DNA of 63,008 nt, counting the filler, from Aduncisulcus paluster (lineage: Eukaryota): the NCBI GenBank assembly GCA_024181965.1. It is 15 parts of 15 records of this genome, joined end to end, with 100 filler letters (N's around TTAATTAATTAA, not from the genome) between each part and the next. Parts side by side here need not be neighbours in the genome. Positions count along the whole stretch, not along the records: positions 20,042 to 22,797 come from BQXS01009679.1; positions 22,898 to 33,091 come from BQXS01009683.1; positions 33,192 to 43,852 come from BQXS01009684.1; 12 more parts are not named here. One strand, written 5' to 3'. The stretch's first letter is position 1. Each line of letters begins with the position of its first letter. Positions 22,169 through 34,721 of the stretch are shown one piece after another. The notes beneath the pieces are model-generated. The model worked only from the letters and a program-made list of their open reading frames with translations, ran no database searches and had not been told where the DNA came from. Made by a program: the position numbers and the translations under genes.

Positions 22169-22897
22169 ATTTTTTCATTTTGAAAAGTTTACATTTTTCC
22201 CAATGAAGCTAGAGCGTATTTAAGGGATAATTAATAAAGCAAGAGTAATATTAGCATTAAAAAGTTGCATGACGATTTAGAAATATACGACCTACTCTTT
22301 GTAGAGAAATGATAAAATTTTTGCATCTTTTTGGCAGCAAATGAAAAGAATAGATGCTGAAACCTCATAAAAATCATTATTTATTAAGAACATCATTCGT
22401 GGGAAGAATAATGATAATCAAGAATGATCTTCTTTTCACTTTTTGCAATTCATTCTCAGTGTTTATATATGTTCCCCTTTTCGAAAATGTTTTGTTTTTG
22501 TTTTATTATTTATGACGTTTGTTATTTTTTTATATGCTCAAGGAGTTTTTCTCTCTCTTCATCATAAATGAAACTTCCTTAGACAATTCAATACACAAAG
22601 TTGCGAGTGTTTCATATAAATCCAATTATCAAAGCGAGTTAGTATGCGAGAATTCAAGCTTACTTATGCTTCATTGAGAAGTGTTTCTGGTACCAATTCT
22701 CATAGAGTTTTCCGAAAGCGATCATTTGTTCCAATTCTTCCATCATTTTGAAATATTCCTAACAAAAATGCAATGTTGATGCGACAAAAGTTGGGAANNN
22801 NNNNNNNNNNNNNNNNNNNNNNNNNNNNNNNNNNNNNNNNNTTAATTAATTAANNNNNNNNNNNNNNNNNNNNNNNNNNNNNNNNNNNNNNNNNNNN

Positions 22898-23036
22898 CAT
22901 GCACCATGTCTCGGAGCGAATGGAACTTTATATGCTGTTGAGTTGCCTTTAAAAAGGCATGATATAAGCAATATCCATCTCCTGGAACGTTTTCAATTGT
23001 GATTCCATGATGTTTAGCTAGTTTGTCTTCATCCAT
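22898..23036 (-). CDS. OTU-family cysteine protease N-terminus, 3' partial
   Basis: IENVPGDGYCLYHAF...SLR matches the OTU catalytic Cys box. Confidence 0.7.
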
Positions 23037-23574
23037 TATCTATCTTGCGCACCAATCAATAATATTTTTTAATAATCGTTATTCTCGGATATAAATATGA
23101 TTAATATACAAAATTATTATAATAAAATCTGCTTTTATTGGTTATTTTTGTATTTTTTTGAAAGTTTTGTTTTTGCTGGCTTCTTGACCTATTATTTTCA
23201 TTTTTAATGAAGTTTTAGCCATAAATATACAAAAGTTATAAAGAATTTAGAGGTTTTATTATGAATTTAATCTATATTCAAGGCGATAACATTTTAACGG
23301 TATTTTTGACCGAAATTGGCGATATGAACAATACCGGCAAAATGTTCTCGCCTGCGCGAAGGGAATTTTCAACTATTTTTTCTATTTTCTATTAAATTTG
23401 TTGAAATTATGAAAGATTTATGGGTTTTTATTTCTGTAATGGGTGTAGCTAAAGATATCTTAGGTACCGGCAACTGCCGGTACCGGCAAAACTGACTACT
23501 GCGACCCCATGCCCAGGGCAATAGGGCGTCATACGAACAAAATCTTAACAATCAAGAAGATAAAATATAATTTA

Positions 23575-24137
23575 TTATGTTCTGCTGGCAAGCATAATGT
23601 AAACAACATCATCAAGTTTGAATTCAGTAAATTTTTCAACGGGTCCTTCGAATTGGCACATAAGTCCACCGAATGAGATAAAAACTTTCAAGACACTCTC
23701 ATCCTTTGAAGGTTCAAATTTAAAAACTCTTCCACACATGACATAATCACAAGCAGACCCACGGATGAAATCCAATTTGGCAGGATCGTATACAAACTTT
23801 TCTTTCCCACTAGATTGGGCTGTATAAATTGTTACTTCAATATTATCACGCTCTTTTACAGTGAAAAGTCCAGAGTGAACATCTAATACAAGAGTCACAC
23901 CTTCATCATTCTCACAATCCATTCTTGAAACTTCAAAATAAAAGGGTATATATTTGTGAATTCATTCAATTTTTAATTGGGTAATATTGTCAAATGGAGA
24001 AAAAAAATAAGGAATTACAAGATTGACGATCAAACAACAAAATAGACCGAAAACATACTTGTATCAAACACTTTTCCTTCTTTATCGACACTTTTAACGA
24101 GGAAACCACCGGCATATAAGGGATGTAATGTGCTCAT
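23575..24137 (-). CDS. RPB8: RNA polymerase I/II/III subunit RPB8; exons 24059-24137 and 23575-23930
   Basis: Spliced product MSTL...VDKEGKVFDTISRMDC..LVLDV..DYVMCGRVFK..SFGGLM; intron 23931-24058 (GTATGT...AAG) keeps the frame. Confidence 0.93.
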
Positions 24138-24465
24138 ATTATACTACGTCCAAAATAGGGCGATTTCAAACCAACTCAATAAGTTCTCATTTCTGTGTTT
24201 TTTCAGTGATTTTACTGGTGTAATATACCAATTTTATTAATAATTTCCTTATTTAAAGTGTGTTGAAATTTATAGATAAGCCGCAAATGACTAAATCCGA
24301 ATCTAATAGAGTGATTCTTATTCTATAGATTAAAAATATGGTTCTATATAATAATAAATCAGTTTTTGAATATAAAAATTGACTTACTGAATCATGCTGA
24401 AACTTATTCCCAAATCAGTCTTTTCTGTCCCATCTATAATATTTATTATATATTTCCATGTTCTT

Positions 24466-27400
24466 ATGGCATCATTATTATCAAATGTCTTCTTAATCCT
24501 AATATTTATCCCTTATGTTATTTCAACTACTTTATCCGAGGAAGTGCTGTTATCACCTGTCTCTAGGCATATTACACATTATTCAAATACAATAGACGAA
24601 TTCGCTATATCTGATGATGTCATCAGTAATATAAAAGAGGCAAATTTAGAAAGTGGAACCTCTGTGACTCGTCGGAATTCTGATGAGCTTATCACTAAAA
24701 TTTCAACCTCCTTTTCGGATATTATTTCTTCCATACAAACAAAGTTAGTTGATTCTGTCGATATTCTTGATGCTACTCTTTCTTCTTGGTCTGATTATGA
24801 GATGACTTCAGTGAAAGATTTATCCATGAAGCTCTCTGACCCATCTGATAAGGAATCTCCCTTGTATTCAACACTTTCAGGTGAATATCTGGATGTGGAT
24901 CGGGGCAGTATTGGTGTCTTTATTCCCGATTTTATTTCTGATGAAATCAAAGAAGACGCCCATTCTATTCCAACAAATATTTATGATTTATATGTCAACA
25001 TCGTTCAAAACACGCCATCGTCTCAAATGAAACAATACAATATCTCGTCAAACTCATATTCCCTTGTTCAATCTCCTCTTCTTTTTTCTCGAGTCATCCC
25101 CCCTTCGGGGTTGATTTATATGACTCCGTCGATGAATATCCTTGATTCTCGTCTTGATACCTCTCTAAAACAACGAGTTACGTTCGATCCACGGTCAACG
25201 GGGTCCTGGAAATCTGCTGTGTCTCTCAAGCTACTTCGTGGTGCTGTCGTGATACTTGACACCTCATTTGACGCATATATAGCGGATATTATTAACGCGG
25301 ACAATGATATCTTTGAGAAACTAATGCGATTGATGTGGAGGACGACAGATCTTGTCCTTACACAGTTCAGTTCATCTGATTATATATCAATTGTCAGTAC
25401 AGATGGGGAGTTTGATGGGAATATTGCTCGTATTTCATCCTCTAGTAGGAAGAATGTGAGTGATCTGGATGGATATTCCGATATTCCTGGACTATTCAGA
25501 GTAGATGACGTTATTCTAAAAGCAGCTAGATCAGAGGTGAAAGAATATTTTTCTTCGATTGACGTGACAACATATTTGGCCAATAAGCAACATACAACCC
25601 ATGAATCACGTGAGATGGACAACCAGGATGACAGAATGCTCGCCATTACATTAGCTTGTGACTTGTTGAGGACAGCTGTTGATACTGTTGTTAAATTGAG
25701 CGATACTTTTGAGGATCGGATCAACAATCTCATTGGTAGATCTGCAACAGCTCTCAGCATGTCCACATCACATCCACTCCCAGCTGGTTCTCCACTCCAT
25801 CTGTTCGTTGTCAGCATGGGGGCCATCTTTCATCAGTATTTTACAATAGAACTCGTTTCTAAACTGAAAAGTAACGATTTCTTCTCAGCAATTATTCCTA
25901 TTTTCCTATATTTAGATATCGATGTCCTTTCTCAAAATTCTATTCCTGGATTTGATGTAGATTTCCAGACTATCCCTCTACCTCACTTTCGTCATTCGAG
26001 CAAGCACAACTTAAACAGTGCAATGTGCAACACGAATGGGTTACTTTTGGCCGTTGACATTATTTCACATATTGAAGGCTGGGCGGACAATGGGGATGAC
26101 GAAGAAACTTGTGTGTCGACCAGTGATATCATTCATCGATATTCATATGGGTGTGATTCAAATCAAATGAGGAGTATTGAGGATAAGATCGAAAGTTTTG
26201 TATTTTCTCATTGTTTTTCTATTTTTAGAGCATTTCATCATAAATCAGATTCCTCATTTACTTCAGATTCCTTCTCTCTGTGTCCCATCTCAACAGCTCG
26301 CTCGTCGCTTCCCGTTATGATGATATCGTATCTTGAGTATTTCTTATCTATTCCTGTCGTTTCATTCCTCAAACCGCTTGTGGATGATGATGGTCTATTT
26401 AAAGGTATGGCAGAGATGGTGATATCGGTGTCATGGTTATTCGACAATGCTTTCGATTGGGATAATGGATTTGACATGTCCATGTCATATTCTATGCTGT
26501 TTGATCATTCCAAACGATTAATTCAGCATCCAAAGCTTCCAGTGGGGTATCTTCCGTGTGAAATTGATCCTGACTTAATTGAAAAAGTTGTTGATAATTC
26601 TATCATCTCCTCGCTTTCATCTGAGCACCATACAGCTGGGTCCATCGCTTTTTCGAATTTTAACAGCATCCTCTCTCTTTTTGGGATTGTTGATAACGGA
26701 CATGTCCACACTATCAAAATGAATGAACTTTTGCTTGACTACCCTGTCCATGTTCCTTCATTTGCTTCGATCGGGTGGAACAGACTCTCAAGTGATTTGG
26801 TGCTTGTGAGTACATTCACCCAAACAAATTCATTTACAATATCTCTGCCGTCTATAAATAGATGTTCCACACTGGTATCCAATGATACCGTATGTTATTC
26901 CGTGTATGACTCACTCGGGGATGCTGGTTTGATGTGGAATGCTTGTTCTAATAATAGTACAGAATGTACATCAGTGAGCACTGATATCATAGACATTCTA
27001 AATTTAGGATATGATGGTCTCGAGGAACATAGTTCAAAACCTGTTAGTTATTCGTATGTTGGTGTGCATATTCCGAGAAATCAGTTTAAATCCACTGTTC
27101 TTGAGGATAAATTCGGTTTGGATTATTCCTCTTTCCTGACAACAGACCTTACAGATAACTTTATAACTGCAGTCATGGGTGAGTTGTTTGCTGCGTCTAC
27201 AACCGGCTCTAACCGGTTATTTTCTAACCAATTGGTCAGAGATATTAGAATCATGAGATATGTTCTTGAAATGCCATTTCTTGAGTCTGCCCTTGAAGAA
27301 GGCCTCTCGTATTTATCTGAGTATGAATTGTGTAGAAATTGCGTTCTCTCAGAGTCAAATCCTTTTGTAACGAATATTGGATTGATTGGGGTGTCTATTA

Positions 27401-28386
27401 CCAGTATAGTCACTGGGGCTGAACTGGTATTTCCATATGTTCAACGTTCCTTCGATGCTATTACTAGAGCCAGTGGAATTACTCAAGAGGCTATTTTTAG
27501 ACCTGATATTACCTCCATTTCCTTACCTGTTGTCTCTCCTTGGGGCAGTGTCGGAGTGGCCATTTCTTCAATAACGATCATATCTGACCTCCCAATGTAT
27601 GTTCATTCCATTTATGTGACTCTTGATGAAATTGTGTCAAATATTTCAAGTACACTCAGTTCAAAAATGCAGGATTACCCATATTTAATTGTCTCAAATC
27701 AAGGTTATGTGATATGTTCATCGGATTCGGATATTAATGAATCAATTATTTCTGTGGCAAAGGAATCCTCAAAGCTATTTATAGGATCTGTGTGGCCTGG
27801 GGTGTATCAATCGGTTGTAGATGCTGGTTTATTTGAGGTTGATACAATTATAAGTTCTAACACTGCTTACATTACTGAATTTGGAAGTTTCGACAGCTCC
27901 TTATTCGAATCTGTTACAATTATAGATTCTGCCATAATATCCCATACCAGTGTTCAATTTGCATCGAGATGTCTCCCAAGTTCAACGACCTCTAACGTCA
28001 TATTGGCCGTTGTGGATGGTCTCGATGGCTTTGTATATGTCACCGTTGATGATATTGATTTGATTGACTCGGATCTCTGTTCATCCTGTTCTCTTGAGAC
28101 TTATAATATTCACAGTAATGATAATCCAATGCAAAAACCAAGGAGTCTTTCACAAATTAAACGGATTTTCGATGGTTCGAGCTGCATTGTTGACTCTAAT
28201 ATCCTTAATTCAGCTGTTTCTAAGGCTGTTAAGACCTCAATGTACATCGAGTATCCAGAAATTGAAACAAATTGTTCAAGTACGGAGTTAATTCAAGGTA
28301 GAACCGCCGTTTTAATCGTCAGTTGTATCTGTTTTGTGTTCACAACTAGTGTAATACTCTATCGAATCATCAAACTATGGGTCTGA
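24466..28386 (+). CDS. Type I membrane protein resembling alpha2delta/CACHD1 (VWA plus Cache domains)
   Basis: Signal peptide, FDPRSTGSW...VVILDTS, MLFDHSKRLIQHPKL, YLIVSNQGYVI and a C-terminal TM helix. Confidence 0.65.
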   Translation: MASLLSNVFLILIFIPYVISTTLSEEVLLSPVSRHITHYSNTIDEFAISDDVISNIKEANLESGTSVTRRNSDELITKISTSFSDIISSIQTKLVDSVDILDATLSSWSDYEMTSVKDLSMKLSDPSDKESPLYSTLSGEYLDVDRGSIGVFIPDFISDEIKEDAHSIPTNIYDLYVNIVQNTPSSQMKQYNISSNSYSLVQSPLLFSRVIPPSGLIYMTPSMNILDSRLDTSLKQRVTFDPRSTGSWKSAVSLKLLRGAVVILDTSFDAYIADIINADNDIFEKLMRLMWRTTDLVLTQFSSSDYISIVSTDGEFDGNIARISSSSRKNVSDLDGYSDIPGLFRVDDVILKAARSEVKEYFSSIDVTTYLANKQHTTHESREMDNQDDRMLAITLACDLLRTAVDTVVKLSDTFEDRINNLIGRSATALSMSTSHPLPAGSPLHLFVVSMGAIFHQYFTIELVSKLKSNDFFSAIIPIFLYLDIDVLSQNSIPGFDVDFQTIPLPHFRHSSKHNLNSAMCNTNGLLLAVDIISHIEGWADNGDDEETCVSTSDIIHRYSYGCDSNQMRSIEDKIESFVFSHCFSIFRAFHHKSDSSFTSDSFSLCPISTARSSLPVMMISYLEYFLSIPVVSFLKPLVDDDGLFKGMAEMVISVSWLFDNAFDWDNGFDMSMSYSMLFDHSKRLIQHPKLPVGYLPCEIDPDLIEKVVDNSIISSLSSEHHTAGSIAFSNFNSILSLFGIVDNGHVHTIKMNELLLDYPVHVPSFASIGWNRLSSDLVLVSTFTQTNSFTISLPSINRCSTLVSNDTVCYSVYDSLGDAGLMWNACSNNSTECTSVSTDIIDILNLGYDGLEEHSSKPVSYSYVGVHIPRNQFKSTVLEDKFGLDYSSFLTTDLTDNFITAVMGELFAASTTGSNRLFSNQLVRDIRIMRYVLEMPFLESALEEGLSYLSEYELCRNCVLSESNPFVTNIGLIGVSITSIVTGAELVFPYVQRSFDAITRASGITQEAIFRPDITSISLPVVSPWGSVGVAISSITIISDLPMYVHSIYVTLDEIVSNISSTLSSKMQDYPYLIVSNQGYVICSSDSDINESIISVAKESSKLFIGSVWPGVYQSVVDAGLFEVDTIISSNTAYITEFGSFDSSLFESVTIIDSAIISHTSVQFASRCLPSSTTSNVILAVVDGLDGFVYVTVDDIDLIDSDLCSSCSLETYNIHSNDNPMQKPRSLSQIKRIFDGSSCIVDSNILNSAVSKAVKTSMYIEYPEIETNCSSTELIQGRTAVLIVSCICFVFTTSVILYRIIKLWV

Positions 28387-29959
28387 ATTGCCTTTCATTG
28401 TGTATATATACTATATATAGTTGTGTTGGGTTAATAAAGAAAAGCTGATCGGTATATCTCCATTTAAATCTCATCGTGTTCGCATGTTCAGTTGGGTATT
28501 GGATATCATCCAAACAAATGGTCAAGATTCAGAGGAACTAGAGCTCTATGCTTTAAATATCTCCGAAAACAGGGAATTCGAAACTTGCTTAAATTTTGTG
28601 AGTTTGGACCAGATAAAATCCAATAGTTCTGTAGGGATAACAACAATCAGGGGTTTTACTGCATGCAAGAATAAGCTATGCTTTTCCCTCAGAATAATAA
28701 ATTTGCTAACGTCTTTATTTACGGTACCACCACAGTTCTGGCAAGTTATGCACTTCACAGACGAGGATTTGGATGATGAAATGTGATATTTTACAAAGAT
28801 TTTGTGCTAATACGAGGATGGATGGGTAAAATGATGTTCTTGATGCTGAACAATGCTTAATAATGGAAATATGAAATGACGACATTTCTAAAAATAGAAT
28901 TTCTAAAAATAGAATTTGATTTTCCAATATAATGTGTTTGGTTCCATTTTTCTGTTTAAAAGCCTTTGATGCATTTTTTTTTATTCGGAATCAGCTCAAT
29001 TTGTAAATAGTAAACTATTCTGGTGATCAGTTGAAGATATCCGCTAATAATCGAATGATTCGAATCTTTTGTGGTCTGAGTGGACTCTGAGGTATTCAAT
29101 GACATCTCTTCGAAATGAAATCCCTGTGACAAAGGAGGATGTAGATAAGGGAAGCTAAACCTGACATCAAAGGAGAATATCCAGAGAGAATCGTCACCTC
29201 GAGCTTCCGAGAGACAGCCATCCCATTGATCTTATAGAGGTTGATGTCATTGTGTTACTGTAAAATAACAAGAACAAGATAACGTGGTGATGTTTTACAT
29301 AATAATGAGAAATCAATGAGTAAAGAAATGTCGAAAATGCATCTACAAGATCCAAGTTGAACAAAAACAGAATCTCCCACTACAAATTCTTGAATTAGAC
29401 CGAACATTCCAAAACTAATATTCCCATTGGACAAGTTTAACTTGAATAAACCCCCCAATGATCTCTCAAAATGACGAGCAAATTTTATAATATTAACATT
29501 TTAACATAAGCCACTCTTAAATAGAATAGAATATCGATCTGCAGTAGAAAAACACAATTATCCACTCTGCCAAGCGAATACATACTTAAAATGCCTGTTA
29601 ACAAGCAAATACAAGTATAATATCTGATATAGAGACAGAATAATTTCATGTGTTTCTAAAAATAGAAATTTTAAAAATAGATTTCATCGTTTTGTTTTGA
29701 CTTATTTCTGGTGTTTCTATCTCTGTAAGTGCATGAATAGTTGGAAATAACATATTTTTCCCCTGGATTGATTGATTTTCTTGCACATCATGAAGAGAGA
29801 AGAAGGATATTGGATGGAGTTGAAGCAGAAAATCAGAACAGACTCAATTCCTGACCTAAGTATTGTAACAAAGAGATTAAATCGATGGAATGGTTATCCT
29901 TTTAGGGTAAACTGTTATAATGTTGGATCAATTAATCTCATTCGAACGCTCAATAGAAC

Positions 29960-32010
29960 AGATATGGGATAAATGATATATCAGATCCATTGGATTCTAT
30001 TGAAAGATTTTCCGTAATTCATTCCGAGCCTCATCAGCAAGGAGTTGTCTGGAACAGAGCTCATCGAGGATGCGTGGAACTGTCAATGTAGAGTCATCAA
30101 ATTCTCTTCCAAGTTTGTGACATTGCTCGATCACATTGTTTCAAATTTCTTACATGTATTTTAGTCATGCTTTTCCTCTTGATCTGCTCAATTCGATCAA
30201 CCCCACCGTCATGGTCGAATACTTCAACCCAAAGCATTGAAAATACCCGACAAATTGACTCAATGTTGATAGAGTTTGACCATCCATCAATACTGCTTTG
30301 GGTGCAAAACATCATAATCTGAAGGAAGTGAGTCTGGACTAATCGCAAAGAAAAGGAGAAGAGAAAGACGCGGAAGAGGAAGAGGAAGAGGAAGAGGAAG
30401 AAGATTGTGCATCCGATCCATAAGTATTTGTAGAATTGTAACCGTCGTGCGAATGAGTTTGGTGAGATCCAATTATACTTGTTTTGGCTGAGGAAACGGA
30501 GTGGTGGGTTTGGTGAAGTTGCTGTTTTTGTTTCTCAATCTCACAATATATAGATTCACGAGCAGTGTTAAGCTCTAGACGTTTGAGAGATCTCAATAAA
30601 AAGTCGAAGGATGAAAATAGATCGTGAGAAAGAGAGATTACAGGGGCAAGAAGAAGGTGGAATATATCTTTTGCCAGGGAAGATATGTATCAATTCATTC
30701 TTAATATCTAACATAATCGTTGATGGCAGTTCTCCCTCTTCTTCTTCTTCTTTACGAATGATTATTTTGTTGTTTCCCCCCTTGGATTCTTCCCATTGTT
30801 TTACAAGAGATCCAGCAAGCTTGATTTCAGAGCAAGCATCAAAAATGAAAGCACAAACATTCTCCCAAACCTTCTCGATCGCTTGTTTAAGTCCAAGATT
30901 CAATCTCACACTCTTCTTTTATCTCAGATTGAACTCTTTTCATGGACACTCGGATACTGGTTGGACACAGATTCCAGAGCAAAGGGCAAGAGACAGGGAC
31001 AAGGAATGGGGTGACATTGTAAATGAATGGAGAGTGGACATTGGAAGGAATAACGGGTGAGAAAGAAGGAGCAGATGATGCAAACTGTGTTGGTGATGCA
31101 GTATCTGAGGGTAGCGATGAACAAGATGAACGAAATGAACTAAATGAACGAAATGGTGTCATTTGAGATGAATAATCGGATATATCATAACATGATTGTG
31201 ATGAATGCTTGAGTTGAGATCTCATTGTCTCTAAATGTTGTAAATGATCGAGAATTCCTGAGACTGTCTCTTTAGAATCCTTCTCTGTCTTCGGAATAAT
31301 GCATTGAATTGAACTCTTCGATACATGTTTGGGATTATCTCCTCGAGATTCAGGCGAACGATGTGAGATGGAATAGGAATTATATATTGTCTGGAAAATA
31401 GCATAAAAGTCGGATATTATTTCTTTTAGCTACAAAATTCCATCCAAAAAATCTTTTTTAGACTTAGAAAAGGCATTGCTGGCATGTTCAACATGGAATA
31501 GAGTCGAAACTAAGAGTTGGCTTTGTTGTGGGATCTTCACTGGCTGCCCATGGTTGTAATGGAGAAAGTTGTGTGGTATTGTCTAATATATTATAATCTT
31601 CATGCAAATCTTCTTCAGAATAAATGAACTCACGGGAGGAAGGGGAAATAACTTCAGAGGAAACATCATATAATCCTCCTGATTTACCATCACTATCGGA
31701 GGATTCTATTTGGATGGAAGCAATTTTAACTCCGTTATATGTCAAAACATTGATATGGGCATCGTCATCCTCAACAGCGATAACGTCAGATGTTCGATGA
31801 TCAAATAGTAAACATAGGAAAGTATAACATGAGTAAATAATATAGACTGGCTACAAGAAATATATTAGAATATTTTTTAAATTTCAGAAGGAAAAGTTCT
31901 GTCTTGAGGAGGTAAACACATATTAGAACCTATTCACACACCTTTTGGTCTCGAGAATGGGGATATTTCCTTTATATCATACAACTTTCGAGAAGAATTG
32001 ACACCTAAAT
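29960..32010 (-). other. Probable multi-exon or frameshifted low-complexity gene, function unknown
   Basis: Chain of co-oriented short Ser-rich ORFs separated by AT-rich intron-like gaps; no gene model could be resolved. Confidence 0.35.
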
Positions 32011-32404
32011 ATTGATGAAAACATGTCGTTGTGCAGAAAACAACGATTTTTATGAAAACGGGGTTCAACAATGGTTGTTGCAATAATATTAAAATATTTC
32101 AAATTGATAAAACATTTTATCCACAGATCCAATTGTTATTCCCTGATAAATAGATATCCAAAATGACTTCTTGAAAGTTTCGTCGTTTGGCTACAATTGA
32201 TATACCATTCGGAGTCATTTTTGTAATTCCAAGTACGTTTTGCATTATTAATGTCTTTTTACTTCCATTCATATCCATGAATATCGTCTAATGTTTTTGC
32301 CTCAATGACTGTTTCCATTATCTCTTAATTATAGGGATATTTTCACTGACCCCTTTTATTCAATATCAACCTTAATTGTAGTTGTATAATATCGCATTCT
32401 ATCA

Positions 32405-33091
32405 ATGGAAAAGGACATATCTAAACCATTGAGAAATTCCTCACATAGAGGGTCTTCCTCCTCGTCAAAACCAAAACATTCTGGCCACAAGCGTGAAAAA
32501 CATGATTCCAAGACATTAACTTCCGCATCTGCTCTCGAATCTCTGTGTCGATTGGGTGAAGGTGGATTTGGAGAAGTTATTCTTGTGGCTATTAAAAGAA
32601 TTGATGGCGTTTATGTCTTGAAGAAAATGCTTCGAGTGGGAGATAAGGGAGTTATTAAAGCATGCCATAAAGAATTTAAGACACAATTAAAACTGTTCAT
32701 GAACCCAAGATGTTTCAATCGTATTCCTCGTCCGATGTACATTCTTGATCTTCTCGATGAGAAATATGAAGGAGTCTATGGATTCTGCATGGAATACTGT
32801 CGAGGTGGTAGTGTTAAAGACTTTGCCAAGAGTTGGTGTGCACCTGGTGAGGGAGTTTCATCCGTTAAGCATAATGAGGACTCTGAAGATTCAACCTCTG
32901 ATTCAACCTCTGAGTCAACCTCTGAACAATCCATTCACATTAATCCCATGACATTAAACCCCCTTCAAGTTGCTTCCTTATGCATTGGAATGATTGAGTG
33001 TCTAGATGACGTATTCATGGCCAAACCTGATCTTGCCCATCGAGATGTGAAACCTGACAATTTCCTTGTTCGTTTTGATGACAAAAGTGGA
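32405..33091 (+). CDS. Ser/Thr protein kinase (expanded family), 3' partial
   Basis: LGEGGFGEV, MEYCRGGS and HRDVKPDN. Confidence 0.92.
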
Positions 33092-33191
33092 NNNNNNNNN
33101 NNNNNNNNNNNNNNNNNNNNNNNNNNNNNNNNNNNTTAATTAATTAANNNNNNNNNNNNNNNNNNNNNNNNNNNNNNNNNNNNNNNNNNNN

Positions 33192-33241
33192 TGAAAAAAC
33201 TCAGATTCCACAGTTTGAATAACACTTTCAACGCAACCCAT
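33192..33241 (-). CDS. N-terminus of a paralog of 5054-6181, 3' partial
   Basis: MGCVESVIQTVESEFF versus MSSSTDAVIQTVEPEVV, with the same upstream sequence. Confidence 0.7.
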
Positions 33242-34721
33242 TTGAATAGCGATAGAATTTCTTATCTAAAAAATAAAAACAAGCAGAATAATGAATGAAT
33301 CCGGTTAAAATATTTCTTAATATACATTTAATAAAAGATGTGACACATATTATACATACAATTTGCTCGTTTGCCAAGAAAAAATGGACATCGGTGCTCT
33401 GCCGCCAACAGACTGAACAAGCAACCCTTCAATAGATAAGATTGGAAATTTAAAAAACACATATAAACGAATTAAATGCTGGTAAATGATAAAAACATGT
33501 TTTATTTTCATTTCCATGCCATGGTGTTTATTCTCGATATCTCAGGCTTTTGGAGACCCATCAGGACTGGATATAGTTCCATTTCACGTGTTAAGAACAT
33601 TTATGAACGATTTCAATGCTATTCAATAACATGGATATATTTCCATTTCATTTCTATCCTATAAAGTAAGTATCTGTTCATTTTCACTTGCTTTTGTTTA
33701 CAATCAAAAATATCAAGAACTCGGAATACGATGGTATACATATGTCTGTATACTGCTACGAATCTAATCCCCTGATGCCTCATGGAACACGACATTTCCC
33801 CGCAGCCTGAGACTGAGTCAAATCCAACTCCAGTTCCAACTCCAATGCCAGATTCTGATCATCCGATACATTTAATACTGAGATTTGTGCTCTGTGTTCC
33901 TTGTCTTTGGAATATGTCATCTGTAATATGTCAAAGCTCTACTATAAAGAAATAGTAACTCATACTCCAAAGATGAACTATCAGCGCATTCTCGAAACAC
34001 CAGCCAACCCCTCACCATGTCATATTGGTTGAATCACGTGTGACTGGAATGAATGTTGCTGTTAATTGATGAGTGAATCATATTTGCTCTATTTGAACAC
34101 CGATTGTATGTTGTACTTCCCCCCCATCATTGTCATTACCATCTCGAATACTGCATTGATTGCCCCATTCTGCTTTGTTGGCCCCTGTTTTCTCAATGGA
34201 ATGCCTTTCTTGCTCGAGTTTCACGTTTCAAGCGTTTGGAACCGATTCTTAACATTTTGAACAGCTATAGAATTCTTCCTAAGATATTCTATTGGTAATA
34301 TATTCTACAATGATCCATCAAACACCTGAAATAGATGCTGTAATAATGTTTCATCTTTATTTGATTTGCGATGAACTCAAATTCACTAAAATTAACCAAA
34401 ATCATATCGTTTTGTGGCCAGTGAAACTAATAATAACTTCATTGTTTATGAGAAATTGGGGAATCTGTATTCAACGCATGTGAAGTTCATGATTACGTTT
34501 GTATGCAATTTTCGAGACTTAGTTTAAGATCCTGTATTATCAATATTGAATATCTAAGGAAAATAATAGTAATTCGAGATATTTGTGTGGATAAATAGAA
34601 CAGATTATCATTTTGAAGGAGTGAAGGACCTTCAATGAAGGTCGTAAGAGTGAAGAATAATACAGTATATCCACGAACATCAAGGAGCTCATTTCCCCTC
34701 TCTTCTTCTTTCTTCTTTTCG

